From Camelus ferus (taxonomy: Eukaryota), in NCBI RefSeq assembly GCF_009834535.1, contig NC_045699.1, positions 67,642,001 to 67,706,000 on the forward strand: 64,000 nt of DNA. The letters run 5' to 3'. Each line of letters starts with the position of its first letter. Positions within the stretch are counted from its first letter, which is position 1. A program made the translations under genes and the position numbers. The notes under the pieces are model-generated. The model ran no database searches and was not told where the DNA came from. It was given only the letters and a program-made list of their open reading frames with translations. This document shows, piece after piece, positions 49,601 to 61,715 of the stretch.

Positions 49601-52309
49601 GGTTGTCCTTGCCTCTCTGGCCGCGGACCATCTGTCGTGAGGGATGGATAGTTTCTGTGTGTTATCCGTGAAGCTGTGTGGTTGCCACCTATTGTGGCCC
49701 CAAGAGCAGATCACAGTGACTGATTTTTATATATTTAAGGTTAACATATTAGAGAAATTGGGACTTCAGACTTCGCTATCCATTAAAATGATGTGTAGAC
49801 ATAACCCCAGAGAATGTGTCCAGACTTGATACAAATTAAATACCAGATTTATTGGCAGCTTCAGTTGGATCCAATTTCTGGAAGTCAGGTGCATGTTATG
49901 TTTTCTGTGGAAGAGCTCTGTAGTGTGAGGCGTACTTAATTCTGCTTTCTTTGTCCTATTTTCACAGTGATGATGCCTTCGTCATCAGAACCTTGAGAAG
50001 TCTAGTAACAAATCTACCAACGTGTTCCCAGAGCTCTTTTACAAGGAGCTGCCTGGAACCTGGTACATGAAATAGTGATAGTCAGGTCCCAGGCAGCTGG
50101 CAGCTGGGGTCAACCCCAGCATTTATAGAGTGATTTTCACACCAGTTCCCCTCCAGCCTTTCCATGGGAATGTGCAGTATCTCAGAGTGGTTAAGACAGG
50201 CTTGGGTTTAAGCCTCGGCTGAGCCACTTACTAGCCAAGTAATTGTGGCTAAGTTACTTAACCTCTCTGAACCTTAATATCCTGGAAATTACAAGTCCAG
50301 GGACCAGTGCTGGCTCTGCTGCTGACAGGCTCTGGCACGCGACAGGGAGGGCTGGGCCCGGGGATCCCAGAGGCCCCTAACAATCTCTAATATTTTTATG
50401 ATTTTATGGTCCCTTCTTTATCCATTGAGCAAACACACTGAGCTGATCATGTTGGAGAGAAAACAGCTAGAAATGCCTTCTCCTTTTGGTTTTTAAAGAT
50501 TCATTTCAGACAAAGCCTCTTTGTGGCAGCTGGTGGTCACACTGCCTTCCCTTCTCTGACCAGGGTGGGCGCCGCAGCCGGGGGACTGGGCTGGCTGAGG
50601 AGCAGCGTCCCAGGCTCCCAGAACCACTTTGAGAGAAGGTGTCCTTTCCTTTGCCTCTGAGAGAGTGACCCCTGAAGCCTTCCTCTTTAACAGACCTGAC
50701 ACGTGTGCAGGGTCCACAGATGGAGGAGGAGGTTGGGACGTGTGAGTGGGAGAAAGAGTGGAGAGGAAGAGGGAGGGGGCAGCCACAGGACCCCCAGGGA
50801 AGAGGACCACAGGCAGGCCTTTGGCCCAGGCCTTAACACAAGCATCTCCCAGTGGAAATGCTCTTAGGTCTGGCCAGACCTGAGAGAGACAGGACAAAAC
50901 CCAAGTGAGACACCAGGGAAGCCAGGGGTTGCCCAGGCCTCCCTCACTCAGGCTCTCAGTGGCCTGGGCCTGGCCTGGTGCCAGCCTGTTTCTCTCTGGC
51001 TGGGAACAAGCTGGTGAGTGCAGCTTCAGATAAAGTGGCCATGGCTCCCTTGGTCCCCTGGGGAAGGGCATGCTGCGGGCTGAGTGGCCTGGACAATGAG
51101 GGAAAGGCTCTGAGGTTGCGGAAGGAAAGATTTAGAAGCTGCCAAGGCTTGGGTGCAGAGGTGTTTAATTGCAGAAGTGTTTCTGGCTGAATGATGCCCC
51201 TGGAACAAAGAATCCATTGGGCCAGAGCACAGAGGAAGGTTTTGTCTTCCAAGACCAGAACCTGCCCCCAAGCTCTCAGAACAGGCCTGATAAGAGCTCT
51301 CTGCTGATTGGCTGAGAGAGACCATCTGCCTTTCCTCCCGGTTTAGGAAACACCAGGAAAGGGCAGGGCTGCTCTCCAGGCTCTGTCCGCCCATTCAGCT
51401 TCTGCAGCCAGGTAGTCTCGGCTGGTAATGCCTGTGTGGGAGCTCGTGGTCAGATGAGCCACAAGGAATCTATTACTAACAATCAGTACCAACATTTGAG
51501 AGGGCTTTGCATGGGGAAGAAAAGGTAAATTATAGTGCATGCAAGTTATCTCCATACTAAAATCACTGCCATTCCCTCCCTCCCATGCAGGTGTGCTTCC
51601 CTAGGTGTGGGAGAGAGGGTTGGTTGTGTGCAGGAGCCTTGGAATGCACTTAGTCCACGCTGAATTATGAACGTGAAGAAGCAGGAGAGCCAAACCACTT
51701 GAGATGCCAGGATAGGGCCATGCCCCTGGGTCTCCCCCAGGGACCCACTGGTAACTCAACTCTCAAGTCCACCTGGTAAACTCTTACAGATCTTCCAGGT
51801 GCAACACTGAAGTCCCCACCTCTGTCCAACTTGTCCCTTCTACTCCAGGCAGACTCAGTCATGCCACCTTAGTAGACGTAGTAGGCTCAATGCCCGGAGT
51901 CCCTCACGTGCCCCTCTGTGGGCCCTTAGCGCACAGTGATACTGCCACAGTGCCTTCACAGCCCATAATTTTCATTAAGTTCCTGATTTCAGGTACTTTG
52001 TTATGTTGGTCCCATAAATTCTCACCATGTTCTGGAAATTTGGGGCTTGACAGATGCTTCCCCTCAGAGAAATCCTTTATCAGGCCAGACATGTTGATTT
52101 TAGGGTCTAGAACTGGTGGGCGCTGGATAGGTCCCAATGCATTCATGCATATGCCACCTCCCCCAGACTGACTTCCTGGAGGTTAGTCGTTTCCACCTGC
52201 ACCCTGCCCCCACAAGTCCAGCACTGTGATGGGCAAAGAGTAGGTAGGCGCTCAGCTATTGTTGGCTGCCCCACATGACGTAATACTGCATGCCTGATTG
52301 CACTGAGTT

Positions 52310-52460
52310 TCCACAGCAACCCTGTGACGTTATGACTCTTGTCCCCATTTTACAGAAGAGAAATTGAGGCTCAGAAGAGTTAAGTACCTTTCTCATGAGC
52401 AAATAGCTAACAAGGGGTACAGCCCGGATGCAAACTTAGGTCTTTACTCCTACACTGTGT
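52310..52460 (-). mobile_element. MIR SINE
   Basis: ccccattttacagaagagaaattgaggctcagaagagttaagta. Confidence 0.8.
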
Positions 52461-52799
52461 ATCTACCAGCTCAGTTCAAGCTCAAGAATATCCTGACATT
52501 GTTGAGTCAGAAACCAGAGATGCTTAAGTGAGAGGAGATCTATTCGGTGAGCATTGAGGTCAGCCTGACTCCCATCAGAATTATAATATCATTCAGCTGA
52601 GCCTCCATTTGGTGTCTGTGGGCACGTTTTACCTTCTGGGTATTATATCAAGACATACTAGCGCACTCTGCACTCTCTTTTGGAACTTCTGATTTAGAAC
52701 AGGCATGTTGATGAACCAGTCATTAGCTGTAGAATGCCAGAGCTAAAAATGGACTGTTTTTTAAATGTCAATCTCCTGTTTCAAGGAAGAGACCAAGAC

Positions 52800-53005
52800 C
52801 AAAGGAAACTCATAGATACCATTGTTGAGACTTACCATGTGCCCAGAACTGTGCTAACTAAATGTTTTGTAGTATTTCATGTAATTCCCAGATGGGCACT
52901 ACTTAATCCGTTTCTCAGTTGACAGATGGGGAAACAGAGGCTGTGAGAGACTAAATCCTGCCTGATGTCCCAGAGGTTATCAGTGAGGAAATCAGAAGTT
53001 GAATC
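52800..53005 (-). mobile_element. MIR SINE
   Basis: cttaccatgtgccc...acagatggggaaacagaggct...gttgaatccagg. Confidence 0.7.
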
Positions 53006-54289
53006 CAGGTCAGGCTGCTCCAGAGCACAGGTCCTCACCCTGGACACCCAGTACAAGGCTTTGCTGCGAGATGCTGCAGGAGGGTGCTCTGCCCTGCACC
53101 CAGCTCCCCCCACAGACCTGCAAACAGTGCCACCCTTGTCCTTTGTATGGGCCACCCTCCTGCACTCAGGTTCAGCCTTTCTCTGGAATTAGCAAGCTAC
53201 TGCTCTTCCCAGTCCTGGTGGTTATTTTCAGAAGTGTGAAATAAGTGTAAAAGAGGATATTTTCAGTAAAAATATCACCCTGCTTTTATAACGAAGTGGT
53301 CCCAAAATCACTGACTTGGAGCAGATATGTTGTTAGTTTTTGCAAAGATGAATCTAGTTCTTATACGACAGCCCATTTGGAAGGCTCCCAGGGTCCTGGA
53401 TGAATGAGAGGCCGGGCTTCAAGGGGCTGGGCTCATCCTCCCCAACAAAAACCCCCGCCCGAGTGAGGATTCCCAGAGTCATAGAGCACAGAGGAGTCAG
53501 CTCCGGCTTTAAAGTGAAAAGGCCTGAATTCAGACCCAGCCTGAGAATACTAAGCCTGTGAGCAAGTTACTCATCCTCTCAGTTAACTGTCCCAAGGCTT
53601 TGAAGGGGTTAATGATGTAGTATGCACGAAAGCACGTCAGCATCTCAGTCAAGCTTCAGAACCTACAAGCAGCCCTATTCCTCCCCCATAATGATATTCT
53701 GAGAATTACCATATTTTAAGATGAAACATGTATTTAAGAGTATAAGGAATCATACTGAAAGTTCTAGACAGCAGCAGACTCTAGGAAGTGTGTGGGCTTT
53801 CCAAAGCACTCCTTCCCATCCCCCGGCCCCTACAACGTGTTCATCATACTTTTGCTGTGATAACACTTTCTTTTCCTCTGATCCGTTGTTTCTTCACTGA
53901 GCATGTATCGAATGCCAGTTCTGTGCCTGGCACACAGTGTGAGAGCTTGCAGAAGAGACATCTTACCTGGCAACACTGAGCACCTCCTGCAGAGCCCAGC
54001 AAACTCAGGCTGAGGGTTTTTCCTATCAGAAGCCAAGACACTTGTTCTCTTCTGAGACCTCCCCCCACCCCATTTCCTGTTTCTACCTTAGGGCTTCCAT
54101 CTGAGGAATGTGGTCCCCCTCTCACCCCACCGGCTCCAGCGGCTTGGCCCAGGGGACTGCTGGGGATTGCATAAGCCTTTGGCCCGGCTTCAACTTGCCG
54201 TGGCTTTTCCCCCACTTGTGGTCACAGCCAAGGGAAGCCTGGCGCCGGGCTCTGAGGCCCAGATGGAGCGGGCTTCTGGAGGGACTTAC

Positions 54290-55106
54290 CCGACGGCTTG
54301 TCTGTGGAGGACGGGAGGCTGGTGAGGGTCGGCATGGTGGGCAGAGGGGGCGGCAGCACCTTCAGGTTCTGGTCGCTCTGGATCTCATTGGTGGAGATCT
54401 GGTTGATGATGCGGTTGTAGGGGGGCGGCTGGTAGACACGGGGCGGGGCGGCGGGGGGCGGCTGGGGCATGGGCCTGGCGGCGGGCACCCGCTGGCAGTG
54501 TTCCTCCAGCTGCGCGATGATCTCCGACTGGTTGTGGGCCAGCGTGGCCAGGTGCTGGTACTTGTGCTCCAGGTCCTTGTACTTGCTGGCCAGCTGCAGC
54601 ATGTCGGCCGTCTGGTTGAGGATCCTGTTCTCCAGCTGGGACAGCTCCAGCGCATTGTCCCGCTTGCGGATGATCTCGTGCAGGAGCTGCATGTAGAGCT
54701 GCGTGACCCGCGAGTTCATGTTGCGGCTCTCCTTGCGCAGCAACTTGACCTCGCTCACGATGCCGCCGTCCACCTCCACCAGCTGCTGCAGTGTCTCGAT
54801 CTGCCGCTTCTGCTTGAGCAGCTCGTTGTTGAGCAGCTCCAGCTCCTGCTTGTGCACCCGGTTCTCCAGGAGCACCTCGGGCTCCTTGGAGTTGACGCAG
54901 ATGGCGCCCGTGACCCGCTGCTGGGGCACGATGAAGGTGTAGGTGCACTTGTCTGGGGACTCGCCGGCCCGCTTGTACCTGTTCAGGTAGATGAACTCGC
55001 TGGGCGAGCCCTCCTCTGTGCCCTCAAAGCCATCCTTCTGGCCTGCAGCAGCTCCCAGGGTGGCCAGCAGTCCCAGCCACCAGCATGTCATGCACAGTGG
55101 CCTCAT
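54290..55106 (-). CDS. ANGPTL2: ANGPTL2 first coding exon: signal peptide, coiled coil and Pro-rich linker (817 nt, ends phase 1)
   Basis: ggaccATG start; translation MRPLCMTCWWLGLL...RYKRAGESPDKCTYTFIVPQQRVTGAICVNSKEPEV...SSTDKPS G; donor G|gtaagt at 54289; NQT and NQS N-glycosylation sequons. Confidence 0.98.
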
Positions 55107-55155
55107 GGTCCTTACAGAATGGTGGTTCTTCTTTGCAAACAGAGCCTATGAAAAC
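55107..55155 (-). other. ANGPTL2: ANGPTL2 5' UTR part of the first coding exon (acceptor at 55156-55157)
   Basis: Minus strand reads tactttcag|gttttcatagg...accattctgtaaggaccATG, resembling the human exon 2 5' UTR as recalled. The upstream non-coding exon 1 was not found in 55156-64000. Confidence 0.8.
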
Positions 55156-55599
55156 CTGAAAGTAAACAGAAGGGGAGACTCAGTAATGGCCCTGTCCCTG
55201 CCAGCAGCCTGTGCCATAAATGAGCTCAGACTTGCATCAGCAGACCTTTCCAAAAACGCAACTTCAGGAGGCAGCCCTTCTGGGAGCCACAGGAGGAGAC
55301 AGGAAGGCCCCAGCAGAGGTAGAAGGAGACAGGAGGGGATCCGGGCATCTGAAGGCAGCAGGCCATGGCCCTGCCACTCCTGGAGCCAGCTCCAGTGCCC
55401 ACAGCCTTCTTACTGAGCTCCTAGCCTGGAGCCTATGAACCACACGAGGGCAGCTTAAAGCAGGGAGGGGAGGGAGAGGAAGGGTTCTCTGACCTCCCTT
55501 CTCCTTTGCCTCACACTCCTCAGACTGCGAAGTCTCCCCTGGACGTGCCCTTTTTAACACCCATCACAGTTGTGATGAGTCTGAATTCTGTGTGATCTT

Positions 55600-55810
55600 T
55601 TTTCATGGATCTATGCACCATGAGAGCTGGTGCTATGTCTGTTTCCATCCTGTATCCCCAGGAGGCTGCACTAAGCAAGCTTTCTGAAAATATATGTGTA
55701 CATTTTAATAGAGGTACTGATGATTGAACCCAGGACCTAGTGTATGCTAAGCATGCGCTCTGCCACTGAGCTATTAACACCCCCTCTGCAAATATTTGTT
55801 AAATGAACAA
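55600..55810 (+). mobile_element. L2 3' end interrupted by the tRNA-Ala SINE
   Basis: gcaccatgagagctgg...tgtctgtt...tgtatccccag...aaatatttgttaaatgaac is the L2 terminal motif. Confidence 0.6.
55698..55784 (-). mobile_element. tRNA-Ala(AGC)-derived SINE (camelid-type), flanked by an imperfect 15-bp target-site duplication
   Basis: Minus strand GGGGGTGTTAATAGCTCAGTGGCAGAGCGCATGCTTAGCATACACTAGGTCCTGGGTTCAATCATCAGTACCTCTATTAAAA has an A box, a B box and an A-rich tail. TSD: tctgaaaatatatgt (55683-55697) versus tctgcaaatatttgt (55785-55799). Confidence 0.8.
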
Positions 55811-56399
55811 ATTGCTAGACATAGTATTGAACCTGTTCAGTGTGTCATGGACAATGTCAGTGGAAGGATGTGTCCAGTCACGTGGGTTTGGTCTTGGCTC
55901 TGGCCAAGCTACAGAGCCCAAACAGGAGCAAACAACTGAGCTCTTCTAAATCCAGATGTTTGCAACAGCCAGTAACTGCGCAGTCCCCATCATTGCAACG
56001 TGATTAAACCAGGTGGGAGCAGAATACAGACACGTGTCTCCAGATTTGTTTCCGTTCTATTCTTAGACCATTTGCTCCTTCCCCAGGCATCCATCGAACA
56101 TCTGCCTATGCCAGGCGGTGTGCTGGCTGCTGGAGATGCAGCTGCACACAGGACAGAGCCAGCCCCTGCCCTCACAGGGCTTGCCCATCATCGCGGCCCC
56201 TGGGAGCCGTGAAGCAGAAGTAGTGTATGCTGCAAAAGGGTGTAACAGGGAACTGACCTAACCAGAGGGGTCAGGAAAGCTTCCCTGAGAAAGTGACCTT
56301 TATGCTGACCCTGGAGGGATGAGTAGGAGTTAGCCAGGCCACGGGGGAGGGGACGGACACGCACAGATCCCTCCTCTCGCCTACTCAGGAACGTGGCTC

Positions 56400-57905
56400 C
56401 AGCAGTTCTCCCCCAGCTCTCTGGCACGATCACATTTTTCCTACAATCATGCTGTTATTTCTTTCAACTTAAAGAAAATCCTCTCTTGACCTCCCATCCC
56501 TTCTCCAGCTACTATTCCATTTCTCTGCTCCCCTTTTTAGTAAAACCCTCTAAAGAGTTGCCCATACCCACTGTCTCTAGAAAGTCCTCTCTTCCTGTTC
56601 TCTCTTGAGCCCATTCCCATCAGGCCTGGCCCCCTCCCCTCCTTTCCAAGTGTCCTGGACAGGGTCCCCAGTGGCCTCACTTGCCAGGCCAAATGGCCAG
56701 TAAGTCTCGGTCCTCATTAATACTTGCCTCTTGACACTGCGGGACCTGGCGGCTCCGCCCCTCTTCCCAGGCTGCCTTTCCTCCTGTCTCACTGGCCACT
56801 TCTCAGCTTCCCTTGCTGGTTCGTCCCCCTTTTCCTGTCCTGGGCTGGGAGCAGGCGGGCAGAGCTCAGTCCTCAGGCGTCTTCTTTACCTCGGTGGTCT
56901 CATCAGTCTCGCGGCTTTGACCACTTTCAACCACGGATAACCCCCACATTTATTCTCCAGCCTAGGCACCCCACTGGCCCCCGCCTTGAGTCCAGACTCA
57001 TACATCCAACTGCCTCTTTGACATTTTCGCTTACGTACTGCTACTACCTCTGGGCATCTCAAATTTGACTTATCCAGAAATGAGCTCCTGGCGTTCACCG
57101 TACCTCCATTCCAACCTATTCATCCCAGGTTTTCCTATGTTAGCAAATGGCAACTCTGTTCTTTTGATTGCTCAGGCCAACAACCTTGAAGTCATCCTTG
57201 ACCTCTTTCTTTTTGTCATCCCCCATGTCTAATTCACCACCAAATTCTAATAACAATATCCTGAGAATATTCTCAGAACCCTCCTGCGTCTCCCCACCTC
57301 CCCTGGTACAACCCACCCTCACCTCTCGCCTGGACTCAGCTGGTCTCCCTGCTCCTGCCCTTGCACATTACAGCCTGTCCTCAACCGAGTAGCCAGAGTG
57401 AGCCTTTTAAAGAAGTCAAATCAGGTCATTCTTCTGCTCAGAATCCTCTGGTGGTTCCTCATCCTGAAAAAGAAGTTAACGGGTCTCCAAGGCCCCCGAC
57501 CTGGCCGTGCTCCCTCCCTGGCCTCATCTCTGACTCCTCTCATCCCTGCGCTCGCCGACTTCACCACACTGGCCTCCTGGGTGCTCTTCAGGCTCACTGG
57601 TGGTGTGGGGCCTTTGCACTTGCTGCTCCCTCACCTAGAACACTCATCCCCCTTCCTCGTTGCGCACACCCTCGCCTCTTTCAGGTCTTTGCTGAAGTAT
57701 CACTTCCCCATGAGGCCTTCCCTGCTTATTTAAAGTTGTGACCCTGGCCACCTTCACTGTCAGACAGTGTCTTGCTACCCGCCCCCATGAAAGGAAGCTC
57801 CGTGAGGGCAGCGGCTTGTCCGCTTTGGCCACTGCTCCGCGCATAGTGCCTAGCACAAGGCCTGGAATACATAGGAGCTCAGTGAGTATTTGTGGACTGA
57901 ATGAA
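56400..57905 (+). mobile_element. Long L2 (L2a-like) fragment covering RT remnants and the 3' end
   Basis: Degenerate SRGFDH (L2 SHGF..HLYADD region) and NNLEVILD (L2 NLGVILD); ends gtgcctagcac...gtgagtatttgtggactgaatgaa, the L2 tail. Confidence 0.8.
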
Positions 57906-58019
57906 AAGACACACCCACAGCAGTTACCACACAGTGGGGTGTTTTATGAAGAGGGGCCAGGGAGCAGAAGGCAAGTGACTGGCTGAGGGGGTGGGGAGCT
58001 GCACAGAAGGAGCCCGTTT

Positions 58020-58290
58020 ATTAAATTTATTACTAACGCCCATAGCATCCATTTGCTGAGTGCCCACTGTGTATCTGGCCCTGCACCCAACATTCTGCAA
58101 GTGTTCTCTACTTTATTGAGTTCTCACAGTGTCTTTTCATAGGTGCTGTTGTTATTTCCATTTTACAGGTGAGGAAACTGACACTCAGTGAGGCTAAGTG
58201 ACTTGCCTGAGATCACAGAGCTGGAGGGTGGCAGAACCAGGACTCAGCCCAGATCTGATGAACTCAGACCCTCAAACCCTTAATGACTAC
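58020..58290 (-). mobile_element. MIR SINE, near full length
   Basis: catttgctgagtgcccactgtg...ttttacaggtgaggaaactgacactcagtgaggctaagtgacttgcctgagatcacagagct. Confidence 0.85.
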
Positions 58291-61200
58291 GCAGAAATGT
58301 ACTTTATCTGGTTTCTAGTAGTGAAGTATTAACATCACGACTTTCTGACTTCGCATTAATTTGCGTTAGAATGACAACTGTGACGCAGAACCTGAAGTTT
58401 CTTCTCTTCCCCAGGCCCCTTTGAGGGCTTCTCTGGTGGGCAGCCTGGGTCTGGGCTCCACCTTGTACTGGACAGCGAGTGGTTACAAAACAGACCTGTG
58501 CTCCCAGGGCCACGCTGAGCTGTTTTCCGCTTGAATGAGAAAGTCCAAGCCTGGTTCTGAAGGCCAGCTCAGGCCTTCAGGCCAGGCAGAGAAAGGTGTT
58601 TGGAGCCTCTGGTTTGGGTTGGGCTATGAGGTAGGGCTGCAGTGACGTTAGTGGAAACGGAGCTGAGTTTGTGAGTGTTTGCCTAGTTTCCAACCGGCTT
58701 TGGCAGCTCCTGTGCTGGTGGCCACACCCGACCCACAACAATGGGGAGGAGCCGCCCTCCCAGCCAGGACCGGCCTGCCTGCACTGCTTTGCCCCAGGCC
58801 GCTCACCTGCAGCAGCTGGGACTAACACCTCTCTGTGGGGCATGATGCTGCTGTGGATGCCCTCGAGGGCCTCCACTTTGGCCAAGACACTGCCATGGGC
58901 CAGGGAGGCAACCTAGCTCCAGGAGAGGGTTGGCTTCCAGACCTTCCCAAGCCTCAAGACCTGGCAGGGTGGCACTGTTTACCCTTGAGTTCTGTCCCCT
59001 CCCAAGTGTGGGCTCTCAAGGCTTCCCAGGCAAAGCTCTGTGCCCTTGGACTTGAGACTCTGAAGGCTGAGCCTCTTCTGTGAAATGGGGTATTCCAACA
59101 CACCCTGCACTAGGTTAGGAACGTGGAAGTGCTTCTGAAACTAGAGATAGGGATCACATGATAGCGGCACGAGAGCAGACAGCCAAGCCGACGGGCAGTG
59201 AGGATGCTGACCACGCAGTGTGTCCAGCATGTGTACCATCTCCTTGGATCCTCCCATACCCCTAGGAGGCACCCTGACTGACTATCCCATTTCACAGAGC
59301 AGGCCCTCCCCAGGAGGTCTGTCTGGCCTCCTCTCCCAGCCTTGAAGGGGTCATGGTGTCCCCAGCATCTCACACAGCGCTGGGCAGAACGGTGAGGCAA
59401 GGGACGTGCAAAGGCAGTCAGAAGCTGTGCAGTCTTTGGAGAGCATCTCTTGTGACTGTTGTAACTTGACAGTTAACAGTCGTACAGGTTTCCAGGTTCA
59501 CAAGGCCCTTTGTGTACACATTATCTCATGTAATCATCACAACATTCAGAGCTAGTTAGTATTCTGATGGTGAAGAAACTAAAGCTCAAGAAGGGGTCAG
59601 GTATCTTGCTCAAGGTTTCATTGCTGGTGGTGGGACCAGTCGTGATGCCGCGTGATTCTGGGTCTTACTGTCACATTTCCATGGGGTCTGGGCTTGGCAG
59701 AAGTGACTTGGAGCCTTTTGGGTTACAAAAGAAGGAAAGGGACAGGGCACTGTGCTGGGTACCTGACATACACTGTCCCGGGGAATCCAGCGAGGTTGGT
59801 ACTCCCTACCCCACCCCCCACCCCCGGTTTATAAATGACGGCACTGAAACCCAGACAGGCTAAGTGACTTGCCCAGGAGCACATGGTAGACAAGGGCCAG
59901 AGTTGACTCAGTCCAGAGCTGGGGTCAGCCTGACACCAAGGGCTGTGCTCTTTGTGTTGCCCTCGGCCTTGGAGTAATTTATTTTCCTTAAAGATTCCAA
60001 CCCCCGTCCTCAGTTTTTTTGCAAGTTTGGCAGTTCTTAATGGGCAGTAATGAGTTTGTTTACTTTTTCTCTCAATATTTATTCAACTAATTGCATCTCA
60101 AGATAAATAATCCCCCAGCATTCCAGCCATCTTAGGTCTGGAGAAGAATTCAAACCCAATCAAAGAGATGCTCCTCAGTTTCTTCCTATGACCAACAAAG
60201 AAAAGCAAATCCAACTGTTTTCCTTGGCTTCAAAATGAAAATAAAAACGATTCTTGAAATTGCTTTTCCACATTGTATTGTGAGGAGTTTCCATTATGCA
60301 CGGGTTTCCCCCCCAGCCAGTGGGGCTGGTGTGACCGACCCACGTGATGGACTCTGCATACTGGGAGGCCACCTCCCCAGGGCTTGGGTCCCTCACAGCC
60401 TCTGCTGGGCAGCTCTGACTGTCCCTGATTGGTCTGGTGTGGTGGAGCCACGCACCATGTGTCCTCGTCCCTCTCAGCACCACAGCACTGCAGCCAGGTG
60501 AGGGGCCACTGGGTGGGAAGAATCATTTTCATAAGACAGAGTTGTGTGTCCTGCCCTGTGGCAGAAGCTGCTTTCCTGGGGTCATCTTGTGAGCTCTTAC
60601 TCAAAGGTTAGGGGTAAGAAAATTTCAGTTACTAAAAATAATAACTACAGCCAATTATCACTACAACCCATGCACTTTATTATATACATTATCTCACTTC
60701 ATCCTCAAGCCATTATTTCAGGGTTGTCATGGATGGTGGCCCAAGTTGTGCACTGGGCAACTCTGGGGAAGCACAACTCACATTGATAGTCTTTGTAGTT
60801 TTGTATGAATTTAATTATAGCAGTTTTCTAATTCCCACAGAGATGCTTTTAAGGCTAACAGCAGAGCTAACAATTATCTTCATTGCAGGTGAGGGAACTA
60901 TTGAGATTCAAAGTCCATGAGTCATTTTGCCCAAAGTCACCAACTTAACTAAGTAGCAGAGTCAGTAACAGAACCCCAAAATATACACCATGCTGAACAT
61001 ATACAAACAAAAGTTCTGAAGTGACAAGAAGCTCAAAAGAGATTATTCTCTGACACCCTCCCTCCAAGGCAGAGGGGAAACAGGAGAGCTCTTGGGACCC
61101 CCAGGACTGCTGACTCTGAATTAAATCCAGCCCTCAGGATGGTGATTCATCACTAAGCCATGTTGTAGTCCTGTCTGAGGGTTCACAAAACCCATCCCTT

Positions 61201-61715
61201 CCCCAGCCAGCTCTGCTCCATCATTCTGTGATTACAGATGAAAGCCAGGTATGAGTCCAAGCCAGAGGCACTGCAGGAGGCCTGAGAAGTAGGCCTCTGC
61301 CAAGGCAGTAAGGGAATCTGGAACTGCCACCTGGCCCCGAGCATGCCCAGCTGGCCCCTGACAGGAAGCTAGGGATTTGAACTATGCTTGAGTGAATTCG
61401 ATGGACCTGAGCACGAATCAGGATGTTAAACCAACATCAGGACAGAGAAGAAACAATCAAAGCCTCAGAGTTGACAATTTTTCCTTCTAAAGCTGGTTGA
61501 GATGAATGATGTGCCAGTCGCATAGTACCAAATCATTTGGTAATCCAGGATGAGGGAGGGATCCAGATAGAGGAAAATTCCAGAAGGAAAGGCCCTAGAG
61601 GGCCCAGCTGAACACATGACCGATAGTATAGCTAATAACAGCTGTCACTTATTTGTTGTAAACTTACTGTGTGCCCCACCATACTCTGTCTCACTGGTGC
61701 TTGCGACTCTGTGAA

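Noticed and set aside
54385-54948. 187-aa alternative-frame ORF inside ANGPTL2 exon 2
   Set aside because: It starts at GTG with no in-frame ATG, and its A/G/P/H-rich content is explained by codon bias.
54108-55151. 347-aa + strand ORF antisense to ANGPTL2 exon 2
   Set aside because: It is the typical shadow ORF of a GC3-rich coding exon. It is L/V/G/Q-rich, has no recognisable domain and coincides almost exactly with the real exon.
55710-55784. Possible tRNA-Ala(AGC) gene
   Set aside because: Extra bases after the acceptor stem, a broken T-stem, an A-rich tail and a TSD indicate a SINE, not a functional tRNA.
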